DNA of 63,814 nucleotides, the filler included, from Octopus bimaculoides (lineage: Eukaryota), in NCBI RefSeq assembly GCF_001194135.2. It is 6 parts of 5 records of this genome, joined end to end, with 100 filler letters (N's around TTAATTAATTAA, not from the genome) between each part and the next. Parts side by side here need not be neighbours in the genome. Positions count along the whole stretch, not along the records: positions 29,397 to 58,385 come from NC_068981.1; 5 more parts are not named here. The stretch is one strand, 5' to 3'. Below the pieces are notes generated by a model. It saw only the letters and a list, made by a program, of their open reading frames with translations. It was not told the origin of the DNA and ran no database searches. Within the stretch, counting starts at the first letter, position 1, and the number at the start of each line of letters is the position of its first letter. Positions 38,150 to 51,467 of the stretch are shown in pieces. The position numbers and the translations under genes were made by a program.

Positions 38150-38465
38150 TCTATATATATATATAAAAGACAGATTCTGTCCATTTGTGTGTTTGTTTGT
38201 CCCAAAAAATGAAAGTAAATGGTTCAAGGGCGGCAACACTAATTGTGACAAACCTATGATGAACTGCATTGAGGCAAATATTCACACTGGTTGTGGTGAG
38301 TGTGACACCGTTTTCGTTACTTGCATACCAGTTGTACCATCTAATGTCTCATTCAAATTTAAGCCCTTATAGTTTCCTATCCCACTTTTTTTTTTTGCCA
38401 TGAGCATTCTTAAAAGTCAGGGCCAAACACTAAAAGTTGCTGGATTGCAACTTGAAGAACAAACA
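38150..38465 (+). mobile_element. Helitron remnant (5' TC end plus helicase C-terminal fragment)
   Basis: A^TCTATATATATATAAAAG start; KPMMNCIEANIHTGCG..TVFVTCIPVVPSNVSFKFKPL*FP and AMSILKSQGQTLKVAGLQLEE match the Pif1-like RepHel motif region. Confidence 0.75.
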
Positions 38466-38737
38466 GAAGTTTGCATATGAAATGCATCTTTTTTTCTACT
38501 TCAATTATTACATGTTTTTCTCTTATAGAATACACACATACAGGACAAGTAAACCAAAATCTGACTGACAGCACACAACATTTGTAATTTCATTTCACTA
38601 TTGCTTACTGATATTCCTTATCAAAAAAATGTCTACTAAAAAAAGACCATCAAAAAACGAACACCAAACAAACCCACGACATGCAATGCTTTTTCTGTAA
38701 CTCCTATTATGCTATTGCCTAATTTGTCTCAAAAATT

Positions 38738-38788
38738 ATGCAATGGTACAACATTAATTGTGCACAAACCTATGAGGAACTGCATATG
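38738..38788 (+). mobile_element. second Helitron helicase fragment
   Basis: LCNGTTLIVHKPMRNC resembles LCNGTRLxVxxLxxN; partly duplicates 38230-38275. Confidence 0.55.
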
Positions 38789-38879
38789 TATATGAGTGAG
38801 TAAACGAAAGAAGGGAACTTAATTCCAATGGCCGAAGACTAGCCAGGCAGAGTACCAAAGATTCTGAATCAAACTGTTT

Positions 38880-38923
<44 letters not shown>

Positions 38924-38964
38924 ATATTACTAATTCATATCAAATATTAATAATACTAATATAC

Positions 38965-39120
38965 TGTGTGGCTGTGAAGTTTGCTTTCCAACTACAGGGC
39001 TTAGGCTTAGTCCCACTACACAGGAACTTGAGCAAGTGTCTTCTACTATAGCCCAGATCAAGCAAAACCTTGTGAGTGAGCCTTGTAGATGGAACTTAAA
39101 AGAAGCCTAGCATGTAGGTA
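38965..39120 (+). mobile_element. SINE family C, 5' half
   Basis: TGTGGCTGTGAAGTTTGCTTTCCAAC...AGTCCCAC...GCAAGTGTCTTCTACTATAGC. Confidence 0.65.
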
Positions 39121-39449
39121 TGTATTTGTGTGCTTGAGAGAGAGAGAGAGAGAGAGAGAGACAGTGTCCCAAAGCTTTTACATTATATAATAGTTGTAAA
39201 CAAATTTTACTGTCATGCAAACAATGTCTATTTCCAATATTCTGTGAAAATATTTCTGGCCATAGAGAAATATTCCCTTACTTGGAAACAAGTGAGGGGC
39301 AGTGACATGAAAGGTATCCCTCTTTGGAAAATCTGCCTCAACAAATTCTGTAACACTTGCAAACATGAAAAAGCAGACATTAAAAGAGTCTGTCACTCTC
39401 TGTTTCTCTCTCTCTCTCAACATCACATGAATGTTGCATATGACATCAT

Positions 39450-39618
39450 TCATTTCCTATATTCAGCAGAAATGTGTCTGGCCTAGGGAAATATTACTTT
39501 GCTTGGAAACAGGTTGGTAACAGGAAGAGCATCCAACCATAGAAAATCTATCTCAATAAACTGTCCAAACTATGCAAGCATGTAAAAGTGTACATTAAAA
39601 CAATGATGATGATGAATA
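39450..39618 (+). mobile_element. family F copy
   Basis: Homologous to 31250-31490; another partial copy at about 39255-39370. Confidence 0.6.
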
Positions 39619-40169
39619 TACACTAATTCATTATCAAATACAATACTAATTACAATTTCAGACATGTTCACTCTGCATGCTTTAAAGTCATTATTTTATT
39701 CAAACTTTATTAATAGCCATATTTTCAACAGACTAAAATATTCAAATACAAAATTAGAAGCAAATAAATAAGCATTTATTAAAGAATATCTCGGATTAAA
39801 CACCAAGTTGAATTTTTTCTTTTTTTTTTTTTTCTTTTTTTTTCATTAAAAGGAACTGTTTTAACGAGAAGGATTGCCATCAAATTTATAAGTGAGAATT
39901 TATGAAACGAGGCGCCATTGTTGCAGACTGATTTAGCCATCAACAGTGGTTCTGAATTTTTTCTAACTTTCTTTCAACATTCCATTATTCTACATTAATT
40001 TTAATTATATTCAACTCAATATCTGACAAAACTAAAGAATAAATCCTTAATCTTAATTACAGAAAAATACGATTTCTTAAAAATCAGTTCTAGACAAATA
40101 GTTCTGTTTTATGTGAGAAATATCCACCAGAAAGAAAAGCGAGACTTCGGTTTGACTTGTGCAATAAGT

Positions 40170-40545
40170 ACCATCATTATCATTTTAACACCTTCTTTTC
40201 CATCCTAGCATGGGTCAAACTTTCTATGATCAGGTACCCTTCCTGACACCAACCCTCACCCATTTCCAATCAAAGTAACATTACCTCATGACCAGACATT
40301 TTTCACAGCAGACTGGAAACAAACGGCACCATTTGTATGATGGTGATGCTCATCCTCAATGTTGTATGATGTCAAAACAAGTAGGCACCTACAGACAACA
40401 GTCTTTTAGTTTCCAGTCACAAGTATTTGGTAGGTCCAGTGGGTATAGAAGAAGGCACATGCCCAAGGTGCCAACAGTGGGACTGATCCTAAAACTCCAC
40501 AGTTGAGAGGTAAACTCCTTAACCCCACAGTCATGCCTGCACCTA
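40170..40545 (-). mobile_element. family F copy joined to a SINE-C head
   Basis: Reverse-complement matches to both families. Confidence 0.55.
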
Positions 40546-40621
40546 TGTAACAGTAAAATAAAATTTAAAACAAAGAAAACCTTCAGAATTTTTTTTTTTT
40601 TTTACCAGTTTGAAGACTTAC

Positions 40622-40704
40622 TGAAAGTATTGCTTGTCTAAGTTTTACTGTATTCTTCAAATGGATGTGATTTGAACAAAGGTGGCATAAAAAGAAAACC
40701 ATCA
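40622..40704 (-). CDS. candidate 83-nt exon of an unidentified minus-strand gene
   Basis: ATTTCAG acceptor and TCA|GTAAGT donor; reads DGFLFMPPLFKSHPFEEYSKT* or MVFFLCHLCSNHIHLKNTVKLRQAILS; splice motifs only. Confidence 0.25.
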
Positions 40705-40779
40705 CTGAAATCATATCCACGTGAAGAATGCTCAAGTTAACATGAATCTTAAAGTCATTTATTCACTCACATATGCACA

Positions 40780-40820
<41 letters not shown>

Positions 40821-42002
40821 ACACACACACACACACACTTCTGCTTTTTGTCAAGGTGCCAGGAAAAAAGCAATTTAATCACCTCCAGTATATTACTGGT
40901 ATACATTTTATTAATTCTGAAAGCATAAAGAAGACAGAGGCAAGATTACATGAACTTCTACTCAGCCTCATGCCCTACCACATTAGATGCTGCAATACTT
41001 CTTTACCCCTCTGCATTATCTCCTCCACTTTTTCTGCACAAATATAACAACAGTGTCGCAACATGATTCAAAGCTTATTATTTGACAATATAGCAGAGAG
41101 CTGATCTTTTTTTTTCCTCAAAGGAAGCTTCATAGACAAGGCTAACCCCAGTTTAAGGCTGCAAGATGATTATTTTAGCAGCATACTTTTATAACAGTAA
41201 AGTCTCACATAAAAAAAAAAACAAAAAAGAAAGAAAATGATAAAACAAAGACATGCAAAAGGGGGAATATTTGATCTGCAAGGTTGAATCTGTTTTTCTG
41301 GGAGTTTCTCTCTTCTCCGTCTTTTTTTTTTTTTTTTTTAGGGAGGGGATCAAAGAAATTAATATTTAAGCCTCTTCTAGAATGCTATTTTTAACAACAT
41401 GATTAATAATAAATTTATCTGGTTTCTCCAGTTTTAACGATAAAAACTGTGGTTTCATGTATAATGTTAACATTACATCAAGAATGGCCTTCATTATGTA
41501 CACAACAAAACAATAGAATGGTGTGATGTGTGAAAGATTAAAAGAGGGATATGATAAGCAGACATTATTAGTCACAGTATTGATAAAAAAAATGCATTGA
41601 TTGTTTTGTTTAAAATTACAAACTTCACTGAAAATTGAGTAAGGGAGAGAGAGAGGGAGAAAGAGAGAGCAAAGGGGAAATAGGAAGAGATAATTCAAAA
41701 TTCTAATTGAATGCAGTAATTAGTAATAACCAAACTTATTTCATAAGATATGAATTAAATTATAAACCACATACCAAGAGATGATAATAATTCTCTGTTC
41801 ATAAAACCAAGAGGTAAAACTTTAATCCATACACATTTCAGACTTACCTAAAAACAGAAAAGAAACAAATTTATTTAAATACTAAATTATTAAACATAAC
41901 TATAAGAATTTATAATATAACAATTTACAATTACATATAACATAATATATATGATTAAAACAAATAATTATGCACAATTAAAACAAGTTATAATTATCTT
42001 AG

Positions 42003-42340
42003 CTTTTCTTTTGTTTCAGTCATTGGACTGCAACCATGCTGGGACACAGCCTCAAGGCTTTGGTCAAACAAATAGGCCCCAATATTTTATCTGGTCTCTT
42101 TTACCGAATTATTAAGTTACCAGAATGTAAACAAACCAATACCAGTTACCAAGCAGAACAGGACAAGGACAAACACAAACACACACACACACACACACTT
42201 GCACAGCAGGCTTCCACAGTTTTAAGACCAAATTCACTCATAAGGCATTGGCTGGCTTGAGGCAGAAAACACAGTGGGACTAAACTCAAAACCATGAGGC
42301 TGCAAAGCAGAAGCTTCTCAACCACACAGCCATGCCTGTG
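42003..42340 (-). mobile_element. SINE family C
   Basis: Homologous to 2660-3056; CpG-depleted. Confidence 0.7.
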
Positions 42341-43360
42341 TATTATATATAATTATAACAAATTATGATATATATACTTGTTCAACAAATAAATTAACCA
42401 CAGAAGATATACACATAGCTGAGCCATATTGAGCTACGAGACTTAAATGTGTGTATTTTTATTGTTGTATCGATGAGATTGAGATTGTCTAATCCTTGAG
42501 TATATTTGCAGCCCATTCATAAATCAATATAAATCACATGTAATGATTTCATGAAAGCCAAGGTTTTTTTTTTTTTTGCAACATCATTTGGAATATTATC
42601 ACAGAATCGTAACAGTAATAGATGGTTGACATCAATGCTTCACTGTAGCTTCTGAATAAAGAATTTTTTTTAACTCTTTCATGAATGTATTTCCTATGAG
42701 TAGATTGGCAATGTTTTTCTATTAATTTTCAATATAATGAAAATTTCAGAAAGTTTTGTCTAATAACTGCAACTTCATACATCATTAACTATCATGCTGG
42801 TATTGACAAAGTGAAGTTTCACAATATCATTTTTTATGTTAAGAGATATTAATATAAATACGAGCACTTTCTTATGGGTGGTCTCAAGCAGGTTGGTTTT
42901 AAAAGGATTAAATAGCCAATATTGGGATTTCTGACCTCAAACCATGCCAGCGTCAACTTTGCCTTTCATTCTTTCAGAATCAATAAAAAAAATAAAGGCG
43001 GTAATCAAACTGGCAGATTGGCAAAACTGTAGGAATAATCAGATACCTTGCAGTGTCAGTCCCAACACTTTGTATTCTGAGTTCAAATCCTACCATAGAC
43101 TTAATCCCCCACCCAATTTAACACCAACACCTGGTGCTTTGGATGTCTTTGGTGGAATCCACTATGTTGCAGGCATTTGGACCATGTCTTTGATCTAAGG
43201 ATACTTTCCTTCCTACCTCCTCTCTCATTCACCAATCTCAGAGGCCCCCAAAAGGATCATGGAGACTACCCTTCACTTCCCCACAAAAAGATTATAAAAA
43301 GGAAGTGGGGGACACAGGGCTATACACCATTTTGTTATTTTGGAAGATGGTGAGAATAGC

Positions 43361-43596
43361 TTAACCCTTTTGTTACCATATTTCAGTTAAAATATGCTGC
43401 CTTTATTGCAGTTAATTTTGAGAATATGCAAGAAGTTATGAAAATAACCCATTAATATGCAGGTGTTTGGAAAATAAATTAGCATGAAATTTTTATGCAA
43501 GTGTTTTTTTTTTTTAATTTGGGTCACTTTAAAACAAGAAGTTTGTACTGCAGATCAAAATTCCCAAACAGGTTAGTATAAAAAAAAAAGGGTCAA
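43361..43596. mobile_element. TTAA-flanked MITE
   Basis: TTAACCCTTTTGTTACC ... AAAAGGGTCAA; homologous to 36837-37059. Confidence 0.65.
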
Positions 43597-44547
43597 GTAA
43601 AATGGATTCCACACAGCCTGAAGATGAGCTGCATGTGATTGTGTCTGCTCAACTTGCTAGAAATAAATCAAATATCCCACATGTCACCATCTTAAATACA
43701 GGAAAAAAAAAAACAAAAAAAACATAGCATAACAGCAGCGACATGGCTGAAAAGAGTAAAACACAGTCTGAGGAACGATATTCCTAAACAAAAATTACTG
43801 GATGGTCATGGCATAAATGAACTCAAATAGGGTAAACTTGGGGTTAAACAACAATATGAAAACCATAAACAACAATATGAAAACCATATTATAACCATCA
43901 GATTTTTCTTTAACTCACTACAAAATTAAATCAGATAGGGGTGGGGAGAGCAAAATTGCTGAAATTATAAAAACATTAGTTAGTCTTTTTAATTGCATCT
44001 GCCATCGACTGATACTTGAGATCAATAAATTAGAACCATTATTCAAAATAGTAACTCCAAATACATTGATTATTACTGTAATCAATCCATATAAATTTTA
44101 TTTTTGTTTCAATACACATATTATATAATTTGTAATGCATGGCCAGCCAAATAACTATTACACCTTTTGGGTTTGAAAACCATACAAGTGGATTATCACG
44201 CCCCATTAGAAGGTGATAGAGTAATGATAATGGTATTAGGAAAGATACTATTTTAGTATCATCATCATCACCATCAGGCTATAAAATTTATTTTCATACA
44301 AATGTGTAGAAATTATTCATGAACTTGACAAATATCAAAAATTTCTAAATCTAAACAAAATATTCCCCTGGCATTTGCAACAATCAATTTCTAAAATTAC
44401 ATGCTTGCTGAGCCCTTCACTGTAGCGAGAAAGAAGTGAGAAAAAAATTTATTTGAAAGTAGGATTCTGTATTATTTCTGAATTCTGAAATAGGAAATCA
44501 TTTAGTTCCCTTGTATTATATATTGTGTAATCATTAGTGAAGGTTTG

Positions 44548-44680
44548 AAGGCTTAGTGGTTAGGGTGTTAGGCCTGTGATCATTAATTTGATTCCTGAAT
44601 AGGGAAGCATGTGTCCTTGAGCAAGGCACACAATTCCTCATTGCTCCAGTTTCCTTAAATGAAATGAGTACCTGCAAAGT
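44548..44680 (+). mobile_element. SINE family E head and central domain
   Basis: GGCTTAGTGGTTAGGGTGTT...GTGTCCTTGAGCAAGGCAC...TGCTCCAGT...AAATGAGTAC. Confidence 0.6.
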
Positions 44681-45435
44681 ACTGATGCAAACTCTGTCTT
44701 CTTTCCCACAGGGTCAAAAGGTTGGGAGGGCCAAGAGTGTGTCTATGTTTGTTCACAATATTAAAGAATTAGTGAAACCATCATACATAGTTACTAAATT
44801 CTCTTTTCTGAGTGTGAGTCATATACAGATTGCAATTCAGAAAAGTAAATAAAAGTAAATTTGTGTCATTCAAAAGCATAAAAATCTCTAATAATCATAT
44901 TTTAGTCATCTGATAAAACAATATAAAGTGAGTTTTCATACAAGATTTATATTTCATTATGCTAGAGTAAAGATAGACATGACCATGTAGTTAAGAAGAT
45001 CACTTTCCAATCACACAATGTCAGGTTCAATCTCACTGTGGCACACATTGTAAAAGTGTCTTCTACCATAGACTTAGGTCAACCAATACCTTGAGAAAGA
45101 ACCAGGTAGATGAAACAGTATGGAAATGTGTGCATTTGTGTGGTGCTTTACATGAGAAACAGCAACGAGCTACAAATGGTGTTTGATGGCATTCTCTATC
45201 AAAGAAGTCATTTACTTGCTCTACACTTTCAGAAATGAGAGGAACGAAAAGTCCCTTACTTGGAAAACAACAGAAGGATCAGCAACAGAAAGGGTATGTG
45301 GCTGCAAAACAATGTCTCAGTAATACATCACATGACTGTCAGCATGGGGCAGAGGGGAAATGGATATAAATGAATGAACAAGCCTAACATAGCACACCAT
45401 ACAGTAAGAGATTAAAATGAAGTGAATACACTCAC

Positions 45436-45461
45436 CAAAATTTATTCTCATCAATAGCATT
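45436..45461 (-). CDS. candidate 26-nt micro-exon
   Basis: TACTTTTACAG|AATGCTATTGATGAGAATAAATTTTG|GTGAGT; splice motifs only. Confidence 0.25.
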
Positions 45462-46024
45462 CTGTAAAAGTATTAACCCATTAATAAAACAAATCTAACT
45501 GAATCCGATAAGAAGAGAAAGATATCTTAATTAGCTCAGTAGTAATCCCCCATAGTGCTACTACCAGACTAATTAGCTCTCAAGTAATCCCCATGGTGCC
45601 TGTGCCAGTCCACACTTAGTGATAGGACTAAGGAGTTTGCAGGACTGAGCTAGTCAATATACAAAGTTTTGTATTATATTTCTGGCATTATACGTGATCA
45701 AATAGGGTGTTTAAGATGACATTCACTGCTATGGTACTTCATATCAGGTATCTTTAGCAACAATTTAGTGTTAATAGATTATGTATGCTAATACTACATA
45801 AACTAGCCAATGCAATTATTTATATGTTTAGAATTAGACATGCATACACATACACATGTATATACATACCATCAACAGCCAAATAATAGATATATATTAT
45901 CTGAGAGCAGAATAAAACAGGAGATTTTGTCTTTTTATTATAACATCATAAATTATAAACACTCCATTAATTTTCAAAAGAGAATGGAAACACAAATTAG
46001 GTTAAATAACTGATTGGATACACA

Positions 46025-46358
46025 TGGAACGCTAATGGCACTCCATTGGTTATGACAAGGGTTCCAGTTAATTCGATCAACGGAACAGCCTGCTCATGAA
46101 ATTAATGTACAAGTGGCTGAGCACTCCACAGACATGCTTACTCTAAACGTAGTTATCAGGGAGATTCAGTGTAACGCAGAACGCAATAAAGCTGACCCTC
46201 TGAATTGCAAGTACAACTCGTTTTTTACTAGCTGAGTGGATTGGAGGAGCATAAAATAAAGTGTCTTGTTCAAGGACACAATGTGTCACTGGGAGCCAAA
46301 CTTATGACTTTATGATCATGAGCCAAATACCTCTAACCACTAAGTCACACACTTTCGC
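46025..46358 (-). mobile_element. SINE family E, near full length
   Basis: tRNA-like head, GTGTCCTTGAACAAGACAC domain, GTGCTCAGCCACTTGTACATTAATTT block. Confidence 0.7.
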
Positions 46359-47556
46359 CTGCCTGCCTGCCTGCGCGTGCGCGCACATGCATATGAAAAT
46401 ATATATACGCGCGCGTGCACGCACACGCGCACACACACGCACAATATCTATGAAGTAGACAAATTAATTTTGGCTAAAACACAATTACTCTTCATGCATC
46501 AACTGTACAAAAGATGGACTTATTAGGCCTGCTCTTTCAACCAATGAAAATATACCAATCTCCAAACATCCTTTTGAAATAGAAAACCATATTGTTGAAG
46601 AGGAAATACTTTCAGAGAGGAAATATTATCTGAGTCAAAATGTGGTTCACTGAATAGCAGAAGGACACTAATAATATGTTCTATTGAAACAAACAGGAAT
46701 TGGTCAAAGTATGAAAGTTAACTCACTAACATTAACGACCCAGCCCTCATTCAGGGGATTCTTATTAATAAAAAAAAAAAAGGGGTGGGGGATATCTCCC
46801 ACTGACATTAATACATTGTAAAAACAACCATTTTCCAAATAAACTTATGCTTTCCTGTTTTGTTATATTTTCAGTTAGTTTTGTTTTAGTATAGTTAAAA
46901 CATTTGGCCCCAAATATGTGGTAACACACTATTAAATAAGCATTTTATTCCAGATTAGGTTGGTAGAAACTAAAAGAGCAGAAGTAATTGCCAGTCATCA
47001 TGCAGTTGAAGTTCAGTTTCTGCTTGATAAAATTTAATCCAAACCATACAAATATTTCATAGCCAATTGATTCTTGCTGATAGATTCATTCAATAAATAA
47101 ATACACCATTAAACAGCAGACATTTATGACAAATGCAGTTTTGAAAAGAAATACAGATTTATTGATGAGAGAATTGCATTGTTATGAAACATTCAGTCTA
47201 CATAGTAAGATCATGTTTATTCCACCTACACACTGCTTCATCAAGCATTTTCACCCCCCCACATCTCATTCCCTTTCACTCATCACTTGTCTATCTATGG
47301 TATTATTTGGCTGCTGTAGTAAAAGCAGCCAAATAGAAAACTAGACAAATAGAAACTGTATAGAAGTGCATCATAACAGATTGTATCCATAATTCAAAAA
47401 GCACAGCCTTGTCACAGAATGTCACTTTGGTTATACATGAGAATTACATTAGAGGTATATGTATTTCTGGAATACTCAGCCACTATTAATTCAGGAGCAA
47501 GTTATTCAGGTGACTGAATCGAAACAACATCATTAAAAAATGGATATTTACTATAT

Positions 47557-48786
47557 TATCAGGTCATTAAGAATTAAATGTCTGATTTTCTTATGCACCA
47601 AGTTTGAGAGTTATTAACTTTAATGTCTTATCCTGACAATTCTTTGTTTTACGACACTGAAGAGTTACATCACTTTCCGAAATGAAATTCATGGTGTCTA
47701 ATTATATTGTTAATTTTCTCTTGTAAATCAATTTTTGTGAACCCATGGATAGATAAAAAAATTCCTGTTGTTTATGAATATGAGTTCTGTCGTGGAACCA
47801 ATGCATCCCAGACAGCTCAAAACATCAATGAGGTATTTGGTGAAGATGTGGCAAATGAGTGCACTGTACGTCGATGGTTTGAGAAGTTCTGGTCTGGTGA
47901 CTTTTCTCTTGAAAATCAACCCCGTGGTAGACCTGAGACCAAAGTGGATAATGATGAGCTCAAAACTGTAGAAGAAGCAGGTACATTGCAAACTATGTGT
48001 GAGTTAGCAGCAAGGTTTGAGGTTTCAATTCCAACTGTATTGGACCATCTGAAACAAATCAGTGAGGTAAAGAAGCTGGTCAAGTGGGTACCACACGAAC
48101 TAAATGGGCATCAAATGATACATCTTGAAACTTGTTGTTCTTTGCTGTCATGGCATAAAAACAAACCATTTTTACACCGTATTGTTATGTGTGATGAAAA
48201 GTGAACTCTTTTCAACACTAGCAAGCATTCTGCATGGTGGTTGGATAGAGACGAAGTACCAAAACACAATCCAAAATAGAATATTCACCAAAAAAAGCTA
48301 ATGGTGTCTATTTGGTGGTCCAGTGCTGGTGTCATCCACTACAGCTTCATGAGACCTGGTAAGTCAATTACAGTAGATGTATACATCAACCAATTGGATG
48401 AAATGATGAGTGAATTTGCAATTAAACAACCGAGATTAGTCAATAGAAACAGGCCAATTCTCTCACAAGACAACGCTCAACCACATGTTGCACAAACAAC
48501 GCTACTCTAGTTACAGGAACTGAACTTGGAAGTACTCTGTCATCCACCATATTCACCTTGCATCAATTGACTATCATGTTTTCAGGCATTAGACAACTTT
48601 CATGATTTCATCACTTCTTGCTCTCTAGAATTCTTTGCTGCTGGCATAAATAAGCTACCAATAAAATGGCAAAATTGTGTTGATAATTTAGGCGCACACT
48701 TTGATTAACTGCACTGCTTTTTGTTGAGATAAAGTAAAATAAACTTTAAGTTCAAAATCAGACATTTCATTCTTAATGACCACATA
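47557..48786 (+). mobile_element. mariner transposon with both TIRs and a pseudogenised transposase
   Basis: 28-bp TIR GGTCATTAAGAAT(T/G)AAATGTCTGATTTT at 47562-47589 / 48754-48781 (1 mismatch); TVRRWFEKF, WVPHEL, IVMCDEK*, QDNAQPH, HPPYSP; stops and deletions. Confidence 0.92.
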
Positions 48787-49364
48787 TCTCACATATACAT
48801 ACATAACTATACATACACACAAGTACAATGAGACATGTCTGCCATGGTGTTTACCAGTAGGTTCCACCACTTCTACAAAAAAAAAATAATTACAGAAAAC
48901 AAATTCTATATTATATGTGGTAAATATAGTTGTGTATGTGTGTGTGTATAACAATGAGATGCCTAATACATACATCAATGAAGCCAACCTTCTATGTTCA
49001 GTAAATTTTGTGGTGCTTGAAGATATTGTAATATATATAAGTATTAGCAAGAGGTCCCTGACTTGGCTGTCCACAGCAAAATGAGTTACAGTAGGAGTGT
49101 TTGTGTGTGTGCATTTTACATTGGTTTTTCTATGCTAACATGGATTAAACAGATTATCGAAGCATTGTTTCCCTTTTCTCTAGTCAGTTAGCCTTTACCA
49201 GTTTTTCAAGTCAGAGATATCTTCAGAGGTACAACGCAAGCAGATGATTCATTTGCAAGGGAAATGACAACAATGTCAAAGCCTGTAGTTGAGCAATTTG
49301 GGGAGAAGAGCAGATGTACACATACACATACAAAGGAGAGACATACACATGCAAGCAGCACTGG

Positions 49365-49510
49365 TTATCTTGCAGTTTCTATCAACCAAATCCATTCTCA
49401 AGGTTTTGGTTGGCCTGAGGCTATAGAAGAAGACACCTGAGGTGTCACCCAGTGAGACAGAACCTGAAACCATGTTGGAGAGAAGTATACATCTTAACCA
49501 CACAGCTACT
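49365..49510 (-). mobile_element. SINE family C, 5' half
   Basis: Homologous to 2880-3056. Confidence 0.65.
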
Positions 49511-50339
49511 GAATTACAGTTGGTTGTGAGAAAATAGGAATTTGTGACAGATTTTCAAAAAGCTATAAAGTAATGGTTAACTGGATCCATGTTCCAATAA
49601 TTAGGTAGATTACTTCTTATCATGAAAGAAAGACTTCCTTTATACAGAGTTGAAAGATGGACATGTTAGTGCTCTAACAACATTTTTCGTTAAGTTATTG
49701 CATTTAACAGCAATTCACCAAAGTGAAAAATGACCTTTCAGTGTTTGTAGGAAAAATCAATGTACAAAACTCTTCAGAATAGCAAATCTTAACTTGCCTC
49801 TCACAAAATGAACTGTATGTTTATAATGAAACATTGTCAGGGTGTCAGAATATATCAAAAGTGAAGCACTCTTGAAATAAAAAGAAATCACTAAAACAAA
49901 AAAAAAAGCAATGAATGAGATCATAGTTTTTGTTTGTTTATTTTATTTTGTTTCCTAGGAACTAATCCAAATGGTACTTTTTATAGCGATATATCAATCT
50001 AAATTGATGTCTGATATTTACTAATGGCCTTCGACAAGGCCATTTAATTTATTCTTAGTTCAAATGTGTAATTCTAAAATAGAATTTTGAATTTTTCTTC
50101 AATAGTTACAATTCAATGTAATTTATATATTTTAAGCACAAATACATGACTAGATTAAGCGAGGCATCAAACTCAGTCACTTGTATTCTATCCAAATTTC
50201 TTTGTCCCATAAAAGCCTTTTCTAGTTTCAACCAAATCATCTTTACACCAAGTACAGGGTCTCTTCTGAGAAGCATACGCAGGATTATATCCAAAATGTG
50301 GGGAATCTGATGAGGGAGTGTTATGAAGAATGTGACTGC

Positions 50340-50500
50340 ACAGATTCTGCAGGGCCAGACATGTTGCAAGGCTCACAGACAACAAGTGAACCCATTCAAG
50401 TGTCAAGCAATGTACAAGAGATCAAAAGTGACCACTCAGAAGACTGCCAAGATGATAGGAGGGGTGCAATCAAGGGATGAATGGAAGCACATTGTGGCCA
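50340..50500 (+). mobile_element. old RTE ORF2 C-terminal fragment
   Basis: RARHVARLTDNK*TH...RDQK*PLRRLPR and RDEWKHIVA resemble WAGHVARxxDNRWT...PRxxKRPxGRP. Confidence 0.55.
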
Positions 50501-50956
50501 GTGATGTATAAGGATAGGTTGGGCAATAAAGGAAGAGATAAAAAATATCTCTGGGTCTCTAACGAATGCTAGATATAATCACTCAGCCATCTAGAAATAG
50601 CAGCCAAATCTCCCTCATGTCACACCCTACCAACATCAAAATAGTTATTAAAACAAGTATCTCAGTGATAAAATCAATAGAAGAAATTAAAAAGTGCAAG
50701 CGATTTCATAATCCCTAATTAGTAAAACAGAGATAAAAAAAACTATTGAATGTAGAAACATTACATAGACAACAATTAAAAATAGAAAAAGAAAAGAGTT
50801 TAATTTATATAACTGTTCTTTGATGTCAGCATCCACCAAGGAACAGTGAATTTACAGCATCACAAACAGAAGCTAAGAAATCAGACAGTTTCAATTCCAA
50901 CAGTAGACACAGAGATCAGATATCATCAATTCAAGATCCAAATTGATAGTACCAAC

Positions 50957-50982
50957 CCAGGTTTTCAAATCTGATCTTGAAT
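50957..50982 (-). CDS. candidate 26-nt micro-exon
   Basis: TTTATTGCTTCTATACAG|ATTCAAGATCAGATTTGAAAACCTGG|GTTGGT; good acceptor, weak donor. Confidence 0.15.
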
Positions 50983-51467
50983 CTGTATAGAAGCAATAAA
51001 CTAGAACATGAAATAAACAGACAAAATTCCCAATTAGATTTCACATGCTTTTAATTGTTGTGGGACATAATGCAAATTATAAAATATATGCAAATGTTGA
51101 GATCCTTAACTGAGAATTTGTAAGTTGAAAAAAAAAAAAAAGTGCTAGTGTTGTTCACACACACACAAACACACACACCACTAAATATCTCCTCATCAAT
51201 ATCAGTTTTTAATGTCCACTTTTCCAGATGAGATTCATTGAGGCAAAATTTCTATAGCTAGATGTTCTACTTGCCATCTTTCACTTGTTCCCAAACAAGG
51301 TAATATACTTCTCTCATCCTGACATGTTTTCACAAGATATTGCAAGCAAATTTCGTTGCTTTTACAACAGTGAAATTTATTTACAGTTAGTGTGAAGCAT
51401 TAAAACAAGAGGAAGACACACACATGCAGACATACACAATGATAAGCTTTCCAGTTTCCATCTGGAA

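Noticed and set aside
45529-45610. ~41-bp direct duplication (AATTAGCTC...AGTAATCCCCAT.GTGC)
   Set aside because: Only two diverged units; ordinary local duplication
47707-48204. SETMAR-like host gene
   Set aside because: No SET domain; flanked by TIRs and interrupted by stops, so a dead mariner
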